Shown here piece after piece: positions 1 to 10,442 of a stretch of 64,000 nucleotides of DNA. The stretch is from Acidobacteriota bacterium (GTDB lineage: Bacteria; Acidobacteriota; Blastocatellia; Pyrinomonadales; Pyrinomonadaceae), in the NCBI GenBank assembly GCA_046725195.1, contig JBKOYD010000016.1:49451-113450 (forward strand), in the 5' to 3' direction. The stretch's first letter is position 1; each line of letters starts with the position of its first letter. The notes under the pieces were generated by a model that saw only the letters and a program-made list of their open reading frames with translations, did no database searches and was not told where the DNA came from. The translations under genes were made by a program, and so were the position numbers.

Positions 1-677
1 TGATTGTCCTCTTGTTTGTTGACGATGGTCCATACGCTTTGCCATCGGCGAAATTTGATGTGGCACAGATTGTCAGAGTCTTCGGTAACCGCGGCGTGCG
101 TTTGGCGAATTTTGGATACTTCGGTCACATGTGGGAACTATACGGAATGTGGATTTGGATTCCCGTGATGATTCGCGCGAGTCTGGCTAATCATGGGGGA
201 AATCCGAAGTTAGCCGAGGTTGGTTCGTTCCTGGTTATCGGTGCCGGAGCAATTGGTTGCGTCGTCGCGGGATTGATCGCCGATCGCGTAGGACGAACAG
301 TGGTTACCTCCTGGGCCATGGCTATCAGTGGCAGTTGTTGTTTAGTGATCGGGTTCCTGTTCGGTGGTGATCCATTCCTGCTCCTGATTGTTGCCGTGAT
401 TTGGGGTGCCAGTGTGGTTGCTGACTCTGCACAGTTTTCATCCTGTGTGACCGAGCTGGGAGATCCTCAGTACATCGGCACTGCGTTGACAATACAGATG
501 TGCATTGGCTTTTTGTTGACCACGATTTCGATTGAGCTGATTCCGAAGGTCGTCGATCTGTGGACCTGGCGTTATGCATTTATGATTCTGGCGCCTGGAC
601 CGTTTCTGGGCGTCGTTGCTATGTTGCGTTTAAGGGCACTGCCAGAAGCTGTGAAGATCGCACACGGCAAGCGGTAG
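1..677 (+). CDS. MFS-type transporter, C-terminal part (5' end lies outside the window)
   Basis: The frame is open to the window edge (codons from nt 3: IVLLFVDDGPY...). About 6 hydrophobic helices (WIWIPVMI, FLVIGAGAIGCVVAGLIADRVGR, LLLIVAVIWG). The D-R-x-G-R loop is typical of MFS. Confidence 0.7.
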   Translation, partial: IVLLFVDDGPYALPSAKFDVAQIVRVFGNRGVRLANFGYFGHMWELYGMWIWIPVMIRASLANHGGNPKLAEVGSFLVIGAGAIGCVVAGLIADRVGRTVVTSWAMAISGSCCLVIGFLFGGDPFLLLIVAVIWGASVVADSAQFSSCVTELGDPQYIGTALTIQMCIGFLLTTISIELIPKVVDLWTWRYAFMILAPGPFLGVVAMLRLRALPEAVKIAHGKR

Positions 678-968
678 TGAGGGACCCAGGTTATGACTCC
701 GTTCTGCCGGTTAAAAACAAATCTGATACGCCTTGCAAAACAGAACACCTTTCGCTAGTCTCTGACCAAAGGTGATTTGTGATGAAACTTCTCTTCCTCA
801 AGTATTGATTTGGCGCTGACTTAACTCCGGCGCAGTTTCTCTTCAAACGACTGCTGGAGTTGGTCGCATCGCTTGCAGCTTTTTCGCGAGCGTTGTTGAG
901 GCGTGCTCAGCCACTTCCTCATTTCCTAATCCAAATAAATCGAATGGTCCGCTGGATCAGCTTTTGAG

Positions 969-1772
969 GTGATCATGCTACAACCTGCTATTCAAGTCCG
1001 TAACCTTCGTAAGAGTTTCCGCAAAAGGAATGGTTTTCGGAAAAAGTCTGAACTGTGGGCGCTTGACGACGTCTCGTTCAGCGTTGCCGAAGGCGAAACC
1101 TATGGGCTCCTCGGACCCAACGGTTCCGGCAAGTCAAGCCTGATTCGAATTCTCTCGACTTTGCTAATCGCCGACAGCGGCGAGGTCAGCATGCTCGGGT
1201 TGGCCCTTCCAAAGCAACAGGAAGAGGTGCGCCGAATCATCGGACGCGTCAGTGTTGACGCCGCGTTTTATAAGAAATTGTCGGCACGGGAAAACTTGCT
1301 TTACACCGCCTTGCTTTACGGACAAAAGGCGCGTGACGCAGAACGTCGCGCCATGGAAATTCTCGAACAGCTGGGCATGGAGAACGAAAAATTCTCTACA
1401 CCGCTGGAAGAGATGAGTCGCGGCATGCAGCAAAAAATAAGTATTGCGCGTGCGTTGGTCATTAATCCGCCGCTTTTGCTGCTGGACGAACCTACAACGG
1501 GTCTTGATCCAAAGAGTCGTCGTGACGTTCAGGCGTTCCTGGAAAATTTACGTCGTCGGGAAGGTACGACGATTCTTCTGACCACTCACGATATGACGGA
1601 GGCGGAGCGTCTATGCGCGCGTATTGGCTTTCTCGCGCACGGCAAACTCGTGGCTGAAGGAACCGCTGCACAACTTATTAAACAGGCCGCTGCAGCGACG
1701 TTGGATGACGCCTTCATCAAATTAACTGGTGAAGAACTCATCGATGAAGAAATGGCAGCGGTGGAGAAATAA
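969..1772 (+). CDS. ABC transporter ATP-binding protein
   Basis: Walker A GPNGSGKSS, ABC signature MSRGMQQKISIA, Walker B LLLLDEPTTGLD. The start could be ATG 975. Confidence 0.9.
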   Translation: MIMLQPAIQVRNLRKSFRKRNGFRKKSELWALDDVSFSVAEGETYGLLGPNGSGKSSLIRILSTLLIADSGEVSMLGLALPKQQEEVRRIIGRVSVDAAFYKKLSARENLLYTALLYGQKARDAERRAMEILEQLGMENEKFSTPLEEMSRGMQQKISIARALVINPPLLLLDEPTTGLDPKSRRDVQAFLENLRRREGTTILLTTHDMTEAERLCARIGFLAHGKLVAEGTAAQLIKQAAAATLDDAFIKLTGEELIDEEMAAVEK

Positions 1773-1775
1773 GCA

Positions 1776-2600
1776 ATGGAAACAACAATGCGTCAAACGT
1801 GGGCTTTCTTGTTTAGAGGCTATCACCTGACTCGTCGTTACATAGGTTGGGTCGTAGTATTCAACTTCTATGCCCTTGTGACCTCGGCTACGGTGGCGCT
1901 AATTGGCGTCGCAGCCAAGGACTATCAACTGACCTTGACGCTCGTCGTTGGTGCTCTGCTGTGGAACTACCTTTCATATCTCTACAACGAGATTGCGATG
2001 TCAATCGCCTACGAACGCTGGGAAGGCACCCTGGAATACACGTTCATGGCACCGGTTTCGCGAACGGTTCATCTGCTCGGCGTCAGTCTGTACTCTCTCA
2101 TCAATAGCATCGTTACGAGTGTAATTGTGCTTACTGGTCTGATGCTGTTCACAAGCCTCAATCTGCGAGGCGCGAACCTGCCTGGGGTATTCGTGGTGCT
2201 GGGTGTGAGCACGCTTGCGTTTGTTGGTCTGGGGCTATTTGCGGCAGTGTTTCCGGTCATGAGCGCGGAACGAGGAGCGGAAGCGACACACATCTTTCAG
2301 GGCTCGCTTCTACTGGTTTCCGGCGTTTATTATCCCATCGAGGTTCTTCCCACTTGGATGCAGCCACTCTCGGCGATTTCGCCGGCAACTTACACGCTGT
2401 CTGCTTGTCGAAAGCTATTCGGTGTGGGAAACAGTGGCTCAACCGCCACTTACCTCGCAGGCGCACCTTTGTCAGCAGTTTCACATGAATTGCTGATCCT
2501 GGCTTTGATGGGCGCTGTATTGATGCCGGTCGGGCTTTGGGTGTTTGTAAGAACTGAAGAGTGGGCCAAGAAGACCGGGAAGCTGAAGAGAACAGGATAA
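1776..2600 (+). CDS. ABC-2 type transporter permease
   Basis: Begins 3 nt after the ATPase stop. Six predicted TM helices, ABC-2-like layout. Confidence 0.8.
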   Translation: METTMRQTWAFLFRGYHLTRRYIGWVVVFNFYALVTSATVALIGVAAKDYQLTLTLVVGALLWNYLSYLYNEIAMSIAYERWEGTLEYTFMAPVSRTVHLLGVSLYSLINSIVTSVIVLTGLMLFTSLNLRGANLPGVFVVLGVSTLAFVGLGLFAAVFPVMSAERGAEATHIFQGSLLLVSGVYYPIEVLPTWMQPLSAISPATYTLSACRKLFGVGNSGSTATYLAGAPLSAVSHELLILALMGAVLMPVGLWVFVRTEEWAKKTGKLKRTG

Positions 2601-2610
2601 CCCAGAGACA

Positions 2611-3288
2611 ATGACCAAGTTTGAAAAACGTGACGAACTGAAAAAACGTCTGGGCGAGATAATTCGAAAACTTAAGCGCACTTATCCGGACGCTAAATGT
2701 TCGCTGAATCACACGAATGCCTTTGAGTTGTTAGTGGCGACCATTCTCTCGGCCCAATGCACCGACGACCGCGTCAATATCGTCACTGCTGATCTATTTC
2801 GAAAATACCGAAAGCCGCAAGATTATCTCAAGGTGTCCCCGAGGGAACTGGAAAAGGACATTCAGTCGACCGGCTTCTTTCGCAACAAGACCAAGTCGAT
2901 TCAGGGAACATCTAAGGTTTTGACTGAACAGTACGGTGGGGAAGTTCCTCACAAAATGGAGGAGTTGTTGGAACTGCCTGGGGTGGCCAGGAAGACGGCA
3001 AATGTCGTTTTGGGTAACGCTTTTGATGTCAAATCCGGTGTCGTGGTGGATACGCATGTAACCCGACTTTCGCATCGTCTTGGATTGTCGACCCAGAACC
3101 AGGCTGAAAAGATCGAACAAGACCTGGTCGAAATTGTACCGAAGAAGGATTGGGTAATCTTCTCGCATCTTCTCATTGCTCATGGCCGTAAGATCTGTAG
3201 GGCAAGAAATCCGCTATGTCAGGAGTGCTCGATTGAGAAACTGTGTCCCTCATCGTATTTGAAAACTGGTGTAATGCCCGGGAACTGA
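2611..3288 (+). CDS. nth: endonuclease III
   Basis: LVATILSAQCTDDRVN HhH-GPD core and a C-terminal 4Fe-4S loop, C-x6-C-x2-C-x5-C (CRARNPLCQECSIEKLC). Confidence 0.9.
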   Translation: MTKFEKRDELKKRLGEIIRKLKRTYPDAKCSLNHTNAFELLVATILSAQCTDDRVNIVTADLFRKYRKPQDYLKVSPRELEKDIQSTGFFRNKTKSIQGTSKVLTEQYGGEVPHKMEELLELPGVARKTANVVLGNAFDVKSGVVVDTHVTRLSHRLGLSTQNQAEKIEQDLVEIVPKKDWVIFSHLLIAHGRKICRARNPLCQECSIEKLCPSSYLKTGVMPGN

Positions 3289-3529
3289 TATCCGCCAACT
3301 GGGACCGTCTCAGAGACCCATTCCTCACCCTCGCAATGTCCTCGCTGGCGCATCCGTCTCGAGGCGGCTAGAATGGGCGCGCTCCGATAATCCTGAATTC
3401 GAGTTTCCGATCCTGCCGCATCAGAATGACAGGGGCCGGTATACCTTCTCCATCTTCCTTGACGACTGACCTTCAGAGACCACAGGATTTCGCCCTTCCC
3501 AACCCCGCTGGAAAGGGAGCTTCGACCCC

Positions 3530-4549
3530 GTGAGCTACAGATTTCCGTGGCAACGTCTCAGCGATGAGCAATTGCTTGACCTGCGCATCTGCGATTTGCC
3601 AATCAAGATCAAGGGGTCTTTTCTTGAGCCCCACATAAAGCGTCTTTACAGCGAACTGAACGCGCGCGGAATCCGCTTTAAACCGCACGTGTGGCTGGCG
3701 GAGGAGTGGTTTTCGCCGGACGGAGTGCCCGGGATTGCTATTCCTTTTTATTTGGCGCACCCGCGGCTGATGAAGCTTGAACGTAAGCAGATGTTGGAAA
3801 TTGAAGGTGGTACCGACACGGAGTGCATGCGTATTCTTCGGCACGAGGCGGGACACGCACTCGATACGGCTTTTCGTCTTCACTTCAAACGACAACACCG
3901 TGAGCTGTTCGGTTCGTTCGCGCAACCTTACCCAGATTTCTACAAACCGAAACCGAAGAGTAGGAAATATGTCTTGCATCTTCCGGCATGGTACGCACAG
4001 GCCCACCCGGCGGAGGACTTTGCTGAGACTTTCGCAGTGTGGTTATCCCCTCGATCGCAGTGGCGGCGACGCTACAAAGGTTGGCCCGCACTTCGTAAAC
4101 TCGAATACATCAATGAGCTTATGAGTGATCTAGCGGGAACAAAGCCAAGAAATAGAACACGTACTAAAGTTGAGCCTCTGACAGCGCTGCGAATAACTTT
4201 GCGTGAGCATTACCGTCGTAAACGCGAACGATATGACTTCGAATGGCCCGCCGTTTATGACCGCGATCTGTATCGAATTTTTTCCGACGATCCGCGGCAC
4301 AAATCCCGCCCAAGTGCAGCCAGCTTCATTCGAAGTGTGCGCCGCGAGGTGCGCCAAATTGTTGCTGAAGGTACAGGTGTGCATCAGTACACAATCGATC
4401 ACGTGCTCCAAAACATGATCGATCGGTGCAAGGACTTAAAGCTTCGGGTCTCGACACCTTCACGCGAAGCTCGTCGTCGTGTCATGATAGTGCTGACTGT
4501 GCAAGTAATGAACGTGCTCCATTCGGGTTATCATCGTATAGCCGTATGA
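3530..4549 (+). CDS. putative zinc metallopeptidase (single HExxH, Peptidase_Mx-like), cytoplasmic
   Basis: RILRHEAGHALD motif, GTG start, no signal peptide. Its stop overlaps the next gene's start (ATGA at 4546-4549). Confidence 0.7.
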   Translation: MSYRFPWQRLSDEQLLDLRICDLPIKIKGSFLEPHIKRLYSELNARGIRFKPHVWLAEEWFSPDGVPGIAIPFYLAHPRLMKLERKQMLEIEGGTDTECMRILRHEAGHALDTAFRLHFKRQHRELFGSFAQPYPDFYKPKPKSRKYVLHLPAWYAQAHPAEDFAETFAVWLSPRSQWRRRYKGWPALRKLEYINELMSDLAGTKPRNRTRTKVEPLTALRITLREHYRRKRERYDFEWPAVYDRDLYRIFSDDPRHKSRPSAASFIRSVRREVRQIVAEGTGVHQYTIDHVLQNMIDRCKDLKLRVSTPSREARRRVMIVLTVQVMNVLHSGYHRIAV

Positions 4550-5580
4550 CGTTTGAGCCGCGAAGGAAACTGCGCATCATCGTTCTCGTCCACGAAGACC
4601 TCGTGCCTCCCGATTCGTTGAACGGTCTTTCCGAGAAAGAAAAACTGGAAGTCAAGACTGAGTTTGATGTGATCTCAACTCTGAAAAAGATGGGCCATGA
4701 GGTCTATCCAGTCGGTCTTTACAACCAGCTCAATGTGATCGGAAACGCGCTTATGGAACACAAACCTCACATCGCGTTCAACCTGCTTGAAGAGTTTCAC
4801 GGCTATCCACTCTATGATCAACATGTCGTCAGCTATCTCGAATTGATGAAACAACCGTACACGGGATGCAATCCCCGTGGTATGACGCTGGCTCACGACA
4901 AAGCGCTCACAAAGATGATCCTTTCTTATCACCGCATCCAAGTGCCAAACTTTGCGGTGTTTCCGATGAATCGAAAAGTTCGCCCGCCAAAGCGTTTGAA
5001 GTTTCCCTTGCTTGTTAAGTCGATTAGCGAGGAAGGCTCAGTTGGTATAGCGCAGGCCTCAATAGTCCATGATGATGAGAAACTTGCGCAAAGAGTTGAA
5101 TTTATTCATCGCCAAAACAAGACGGCTGCTATAGCCGAGCAGTACATCAAAGGTCGCGAAATCTACGTCGGCGTTATTGGCAACCAGAACATCCAGACGT
5201 ATGCACCGTGGGAATTGGTGATGGAGAAATTACCGGAAGGCGCAGAGAACATTGCGACGCTGAAGGTGAAGTGGGACCCTACCTACCAGGAAAAGGTTGG
5301 GGTTGTGACGCGGGCGGCGGATTTGACTGCAGAGCAGACCAAGATTCTCGAACGGTTATCCAAACGGATTTATCGCTATCTCTTTTTGAGCGGCTACGCG
5401 CGGATGGATTATCGGATGACTGAAGACGGGCAGTTTTATTTATTGGAGGCCAATCCGAATCCGCAGATTGCTCACAAGGAAGACTTCGCTGACTCAGCAG
5501 AACATAGCGGAGTGCCTTACGATCAGTTACTACAGAAGATAATTACAGTGGGCTTGAACTACGCAGGACGAGGTACCTAA
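4546..5580 (+). CDS. ATP-grasp ligase, D-Ala-D-Ala-ligase family (not housekeeping Ddl)
   Basis: ATP-grasp C-terminal signatures (FPLLVKS..EGSVGI, ARMDYRM..DGQFYLLEANPNP). The internal ATG at 4546 is chosen because of its ATGA overlap with the upstream stop. The track ORF 4426-4545 is out-of-frame overlap with the peptidase gene. Confidence 0.8.
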   Translation: MTFEPRRKLRIIVLVHEDLVPPDSLNGLSEKEKLEVKTEFDVISTLKKMGHEVYPVGLYNQLNVIGNALMEHKPHIAFNLLEEFHGYPLYDQHVVSYLELMKQPYTGCNPRGMTLAHDKALTKMILSYHRIQVPNFAVFPMNRKVRPPKRLKFPLLVKSISEEGSVGIAQASIVHDDEKLAQRVEFIHRQNKTAAIAEQYIKGREIYVGVIGNQNIQTYAPWELVMEKLPEGAENIATLKVKWDPTYQEKVGVVTRAADLTAEQTKILERLSKRIYRYLFLSGYARMDYRMTEDGQFYLLEANPNPQIAHKEDFADSAEHSGVPYDQLLQKIITVGLNYAGRGT

Positions 5581-6066
5581 CTTCTCACCGCAAAAAAGGA
5601 ACCTCCGCTTCATTGGAACTGTAACTACAGCATACATCGAATATCGTGGTTCAGGAGTTTGCCCCGTGACTCTCGCTATTACTCTGCTTTTTACGATGAA
5701 TCTGTACCGTAAACTGCAGCGCGCTTAAGTATTGTGAGCCGTCCAATGACTGCTTGATCGTTCCCCCCGCGAGTCCCTGGTCCCGTGCAAGGTTGTCGAC
5801 AAATAATTGGGCAGATATTTCGCTCAGATTGACCGCGTGGTTATTTCCACACTGTAAAACCGGCACTCTATCGTTGGTTCCGCAAGGAATTCGTGACCTC
5901 TTTCAGTGCGCACGCGGGCTTCTGCTGGCGTTTCGTCACGAAACAGTCACATTGGTTGTTGAAGCACCCGTATCGAGAGGCTAAGATGCAAATGGCCTTC
6001 AGCGGCGCTCTCCTCACCAAAGAAATACAAAATTAAGAAACTTAAGGAGAAGGTGCTTCCCCTTTT

Positions 6067-6699
6067 ATGGTGTTGAGAAAATTATTCCCTCGTGTGTTGG
6101 TTGCGTGTTTGGCGCTTGGTATTTGGTCGACGTCCTCTGCTCAAACTCGTCAACGGCTCACAACACAAGACGCTGACGCAAACGAAGTGACGTGTGCGCC
6201 AGATGATTTCGTTCTCCTATCGAATCCACCCGTTGCAGAATCAAAGCCGGTCTGGGAGGTAAAGCCGAAACCAACGATTGATGTAACTCCTGTCGTTACC
6301 TCTGTTAATTCCGGTTTCATTAAGTTCCAACCACTTCTTAGTGCTGCCATAGATCAGCGGCTAGGTTCTCGTTATCGTTGGGGTGCTACTGGACCAAACA
6401 CCTTCGACTGCTCAGGATTTGTCTGGAGTATTTTTCAGGAGTCGGGAATAACTTTTGAGAGAGGCAGTGCCCGAACATTGTTTGCGCGTTTCGCGCCGGC
6501 TACGATTGAAGAACAATATAAATTTGGAACACTGGTGTTCTTTAGTGGCCTGACTCACATTGGCGTTGTTGCGGACGAACACGGCTTTTATCACGCCTCC
6601 CGACGTCATGGAGTTGTTTACTCTCCATTTAACGAGTATTGGCTGAAGCGCATCGATGGTTTCCGGCGCGTGCCGCTACCATCACCAGTTACTGATTGA
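6067..6699 (+). CDS. NlpC/P60 (C40) family peptidoglycan endopeptidase, secreted
   Basis: Signal peptide MVLRKLFPRVLVACLALGIWSTSSA. Catalytic motif FDCSGFVWSIF ... THIGVV ... FYHAS. Confidence 0.85.
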   Translation: MVLRKLFPRVLVACLALGIWSTSSAQTRQRLTTQDADANEVTCAPDDFVLLSNPPVAESKPVWEVKPKPTIDVTPVVTSVNSGFIKFQPLLSAAIDQRLGSRYRWGATGPNTFDCSGFVWSIFQESGITFERGSARTLFARFAPATIEEQYKFGTLVFFSGLTHIGVVADEHGFYHASRRHGVVYSPFNEYWLKRIDGFRRVPLPSPVTD

Positions 6700-6724
6700 T
6701 TGCTCCTTCTTAGAAGAAAGTAAG

Positions 6725-6755
6725 AACGCCGGCGCTTTAAGGCCGGCGTTTTTAC
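6725..6755 (+). terminator. rho-independent terminator after the NlpC/P60 gene
   Basis: 9-bp GC stem aacgccggc (6725-6733) / gccggcgtt (6742-6750), 8-nt loop, followed by TTTTT. Confidence 0.7.
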
Positions 6756-6789
6756 TTTTAAGTCGTGTTGACCTATTTGTGTAAAGCCT

Positions 6790-7011
6790 TCAAGACTTCT
6801 CACCCGGCACGAACCCAGCACGGTGATCGTCATCTCTCGCTTCCCACACCACTATGATTTTGTTAACGGCGACGTAACAGCTCTTCCCATCGGCGTCCCG
6901 CAGGTGCAGCACTCCTGTGTCTACCTTCAGCACTTCGCCACGAAGGCTGGACCCGCCGCCGCAATAAACGTCAATCTTCTTACCAGTCAGCCTTGAGAGA
7001 AATTCTTCCAT
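6790..7011 (-). CDS. small hypothetical protein (73 aa), beta-rich and Sm/DUF2642-like by eye
   Basis: Clean ORF with protein-like composition (KKIDVYCGGGSSLRGEVLKVDTGVLHLRD...YVAVNKIIVVWE). No motif I can name with certainty. Confidence 0.5.
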   Translation of the reverse strand: MEEFLSRLTGKKIDVYCGGGSSLRGEVLKVDTGVLHLRDADGKSCYVAVNKIIVVWEARDDDHRAGFVPGEKS

Positions 7012-7166
7012 AACCTCATTTCCAATTGCTAAATGCCGATTGACAATTTGCCTGTTGTCTTTGGTCCTTATATTTCGCTACTGCTCTAGATAGTTCCACT
7101 TCCATTCCAGATTCGTCAAATTCGGCGACGCAAATCGGCATCTGCAGTCGTCAATTGGCAATGGTT

Positions 7167-7580
7167 TCACTTCTTACCATTCTTAAACGTTATCTTCACC
7201 AGAGGTATCACATTGGGATCGTCCTGTTGCTCTCGTTCGAAAGTCAGGAGATCGTAATACGCGCAGCGCTTCGTTGTCGGAAATTCCCGGCATACCGCCG
7301 GACGAGCATGATAAATCGTGCAGCCGCGTGTTTCAGGGTTGATGAACTCGCACGCCTGGCCAAATAACGGGTCAGACCTTCGGCGTAAGACGCGCTCCTT
7401 TTCATACATCTTCGTATAACGCGCCGTAGCGACTTCTTCCGTCACGCCGAAATGCCTTGCCAATCGTCGGATATCACGCGGCGTCACTTGAACGCGATCG
7501 TAAACTGAACAACAGTACGCGGGGCAGTCAACGCAGTCATAATAACTTTTAGACTTTCCGTTAGTAGGGATGTCGCCCAT
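7167..7580 (-). CDS. YkgJ-family cysteine-cluster protein (CxxCxxCC)
   Basis: CVDCPAYCCS and a second cluster, GCTIYHARPAVCREFP. Confidence 0.75.
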   Translation of the reverse strand: MGDIPTNGKSKSYYDCVDCPAYCCSVYDRVQVTPRDIRRLARHFGVTEEVATARYTKMYEKERVLRRRSDPLFGQACEFINPETRGCTIYHARPAVCREFPTTKRCAYYDLLTFEREQQDDPNVIPLVKITFKNGKK

Positions 7581-7604
7581 GATCGCTCACTTGTCTCCGA
7601 TCAG

Positions 7605-8738
7605 TTATCGTCTTTTCGATTTCTTGTACTCCTGCAAGAGCAACTTCATAAACTCATCGCGTCGTTCATACAGCCGCTTTGTCTTACGAGGTTCGTGACG
7701 TGTTAAAGCATAAGCCGTAATGAGTGGAAGCGCCACCGTAGAATCAACATAACAAACAACTGCATCGGGCAGGCGATCGGGATCAACCTTGCCCCAGGAG
7801 ACTGCCTCACCCGGAGTCGCGCCGGAAAGACCGCCCGTGTCAGGACGTGCATCTGTCACCTGAAGGAAGTAGTCATGTCCACGTTCATCGATTCCGAGCA
7901 CTTCCTGAATTTGCGGCTCCGTCTGGAGCAAAAAGTTCTTTGGCGAACCGCCACCTAAAATAAAAACGGCCGAGCGTCCTTTCTGTCTCTTGCTTTTTCC
8001 GTTCGGGCTCGTCGTACCTCGCTTCGCAGCCAGCACTATCGCTGCTGTCTCGTTCACATCTAGTGAAGGATCGAATGCGAGCTTATTGCCCTGAAGCGCT
8101 TTTGCAGCCACATTCATGCCGATGGAAGAGTCGCCTGGCGAGGAAGTATAAATCGGTACTGCATGTTCGTAGGCGACGGCGATTAGCGACTTGTCTTTGA
8201 TTCCAAGCTTTCGTTCCCGTTCATAGACATAACGACCGCACAAGTAGTGAAACTCGGCGGTCGACATCGGTCGCTGAAACTCTGGACCTTCGATTATTTT
8301 CCGGAAGAATGCGTCAGTGTCGAGCAACACTGAATAGTCAAAAAAGATATCGTAGATTCGAACCACTTCTTCCTCACGCAAAACAATATCCGATGTCTGC
8401 GCGTTTCCCTGATGCAGTGCCAGTCCGATTCCAAAATGGGTGTCGTGATAGAGGTTTGCGCCAGTTGAAATAATCCAATCCACGAATCCGGCTTTGATAA
8501 GCGGGATGAGTGCTGAAATTCCGAGCCCGGCCGGAGTCAGCGCGCCGGTAAGGGAGAGACCAATGGTCACTTCGGGTTCCAGCATTTTTCTTGTGAAAAG
8601 CTGGCATGCCTCGCGAAGTCGTGCGGCGTTATAGGCGAGAAACGATTCATCAATTAGTTCGGCAAGACCAATCTTTTTCGTGATTGGAGCGGGATTGATG
8701 CGCGGTCCCTGAAGAAACTTACTTTTGTGCTTAGCCAT
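7605..8738 (-). CDS. deoxyhypusine synthase family protein (bacterial DHS-like)
   Basis: 377 aa. DHS-like blocks [26 protein letters not shown] and [10 protein letters not shown]. Confidence 0.75.
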   Translation of the reverse strand: MAKHKSKFLQGPRINPAPITKKIGLAELIDESFLAYNAARLREACQLFTRKMLEPEVTIGLSLTGALTPAGLGISALIPLIKAGFVDWIISTGANLYHDTHFGIGLALHQGNAQTSDIVLREEEVVRIYDIFFDYSVLLDTDAFFRKIIEGPEFQRPMSTAEFHYLCGRYVYERERKLGIKDKSLIAVAYEHAVPIYTSSPGDSSIGMNVAAKALQGNKLAFDPSLDVNETAAIVLAAKRGTTSPNGKSKRQKGRSAVFILGGGSPKNFLLQTEPQIQEVLGIDERGHDYFLQVTDARPDTGGLSGATPGEAVSWGKVDPDRLPDAVVCYVDSTVALPLITAYALTRHEPRKTKRLYERRDEFMKLLLQEYKKSKRR

Positions 8739-8786
8739 TACGTATGTTTCTCATGTCCAAAACTGCAGTGCTTGAACGCGTCATAC

Positions 8787-9014
8787 TTATTCATTAGTTG
8801 CGCTCATCTCCGTGGCCGCTTCCAAACAAGCTCGACACAGACAGTCTGAATAACGAGAGCGCAAGTGAGCTCGCGTAGCGTCGTCTAATTTAATCTCCGC
8901 GCACCAACACCCCTTCAACGACGCTCCGCAAGTAAACAAAGTGCCGCAGGCTTCGCATCTCGTGCTTCTTTCGCCTGAAACTACCGTCGCTAATACTTTG
9001 AGTACTCTACTCAT
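8787..9014 (-). CDS. cysteine-rich CWC family small protein
   Basis: CEACGTLFTCGA..KGCWCAEI...CLCRAC. The start abuts the stop of the upstream corC-like gene. Confidence 0.65.
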   Translation of the reverse strand: MSRVLKVLATVVSGERSTRCEACGTLFTCGASLKGCWCAEIKLDDATRAHLRSRYSDCLCRACLEAATEMSATNE

Positions 9015-10316
9015 CTAACTTGCCGTCATCTCGGAGGCGTTTTCCTCCGGAGCTTTCTTAACTCGCAAACGACCGATCCGGCGTTCGTCCGCTTCAATCA
9101 CTTCAACCTCGAGACTGCGAATCATTAAGCGCTCACCAACAGCTGGAACCTTGCCCGATTCATTGATTACGAGACCAGCAATAGTTGTGAAATCGTCGGC
9201 CTCGATTTCCATGTCGAAGAGTCGCTCGATTTTTCCGATCTCAGTCGAAGCCAGCACTTCATAACTGCCCTCACCAGCTTCTACGATATCTTGTAACTCT
9301 TCACCAGCGATATCTTCATCTTCAATCTCCCCGACGATTTCCTCAAGAATGTCTTCTACCGTTACCAAACCGCAGACACCACCGTATTCATCAATCACCA
9401 TTGCAAGTTGCACGTGTGCCTTCTGCATCTCTTCGAGAAGTTCCGCAACGGGTTTGGTTTCCGGTACAAAATAGACCGAGCGAATTAGTGGCCGAATGTT
9501 TTCGTCTGCTTTTCCTTCAGCCCAGCATTGCAACAAGTCGCGTACGTAGATGATGCCTTCAACATTGTCAATCTGATCGCGATAAACGGGCAGACGCGAG
9601 TACTTCGACTCAATAATGACGTCACGAGCTTCTCGAACAGTTGCGGACTCAGGTACGGCAACGATGTCAGGCCTGGGAGTCATCACTTCACTGACTCGCT
9701 TGTCGCCAAACTCGATGATCGAATGAATGAGTTCACCCTCTTCTTCTTCCAGAATTCCCTCTGCCTCGCCAACGTCGATGAGCGCCTGCAGATCACCACC
9801 GTCGTCATCTTCCTGCTCCTCCTCTCCAACATCGGTGACCTGATCTTTCCGGCGCGACCGATCGAAAAGTTTCTGAAAAGGATCGGCAATGAAAGCCATG
9901 ATGGGAAAAAACGGCCGGATGATTGGTAGCAGAAATAGAAGCGTTGCTTCCGGGTTGCGTGTCGAGATGAACAGGGGAACTAACTGCCGAAAGATACCAG
10001 CGAGAATCAAGCCCGCGAGAAGACCAATCAGGACTAAACGAGGATCTGGAAAAAGATGCAGTGAGATTGAGGTTATTAGAACGGCAACGACGACCAGCAG
10101 TATCTGGATCATCGCTGAGAGGGCAAAGCCGAATCGCGGGCGATTCTCGAGGACTTGTTGCAGAAAGACTCTTGATCGCGGCTCGGGCTTTTCCCCGTTC
10201 TCCCCGATTAGACGGCGCAGACCCACGTCGCTCAGCTGACCGAAGGCCATGTCCACCGTGGCCAGCAACGAGAGCACTATGAGCAGCAGGAGCGTGAGCC
10301 CTATTTCAAGTTCCAT
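9015..10316 (-). CDS. CNNM/CorC-type hemolysin-family membrane protein (DUF21 + CBS pair + CorC_HlyC)
   Basis: N-terminal TM region, CBS pair ([11 protein letters not shown]..., YSRLPVY) and a C-terminal transporter-associated domain. Canonical position after ybeY. Confidence 0.9.
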   Translation of the reverse strand: MELEIGLTLLLLIVLSLLATVDMAFGQLSDVGLRRLIGENGEKPEPRSRVFLQQVLENRPRFGFALSAMIQILLVVVAVLITSISLHLFPDPRLVLIGLLAGLILAGIFRQLVPLFISTRNPEATLLFLLPIIRPFFPIMAFIADPFQKLFDRSRRKDQVTDVGEEEQEDDDGGDLQALIDVGEAEGILEEEEGELIHSIIEFGDKRVSEVMTPRPDIVAVPESATVREARDVIIESKYSRLPVYRDQIDNVEGIIYVRDLLQCWAEGKADENIRPLIRSVYFVPETKPVAELLEEMQKAHVQLAMVIDEYGGVCGLVTVEDILEEIVGEIEDEDIAGEELQDIVEAGEGSYEVLASTEIGKIERLFDMEIEADDFTTIAGLVINESGKVPAVGERLMIRSLEVEVIEADERRIGRLRVKKAPEENASEMTAS

Positions 10317-10442
10317 CTATGGGTTGAATAGTAATAGTTACCACGGTAATCGTAAATGAGAGGTTGGGTCTTCGGCCTTGGGCTTTTGGTCTTTTGCGGC
10401 TTTTGAAGGCTAAATTGCCTGAGGCTGACGAAAGAGCTAAGA

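Noticed and set aside
4426-4545. 40-codon N-terminal extension of the ATP-grasp ORF
   Set aside because: It lies entirely inside the 3' end of the peptidase-like gene in another frame. The ATGA stop/start overlap at 4546-4549 is the more parsimonious start.
4546-5580. Idea that this ATP-grasp gene is simply the ddl missing from the dcw cluster
   Set aside because: It lacks the Ddl N-terminal GGxSxEHEVS block and is coupled to an HExxH protein rather than to cell-wall genes. I kept it as an open question in the findings rather than calling it ddl.
5581-6066. 486-nt gap with a 71-aa minus-strand ORF (5651-5866) and a 76-aa plus-strand ORF (5754-5984)
   Set aside because: The two ORFs overlap each other and neither has a motif or RBS I can point to. 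I found no RNase P, tmRNA, SRP or tRNA signature by eye. The gap may hold a small RNA or gene remnant, but I cannot support a call.
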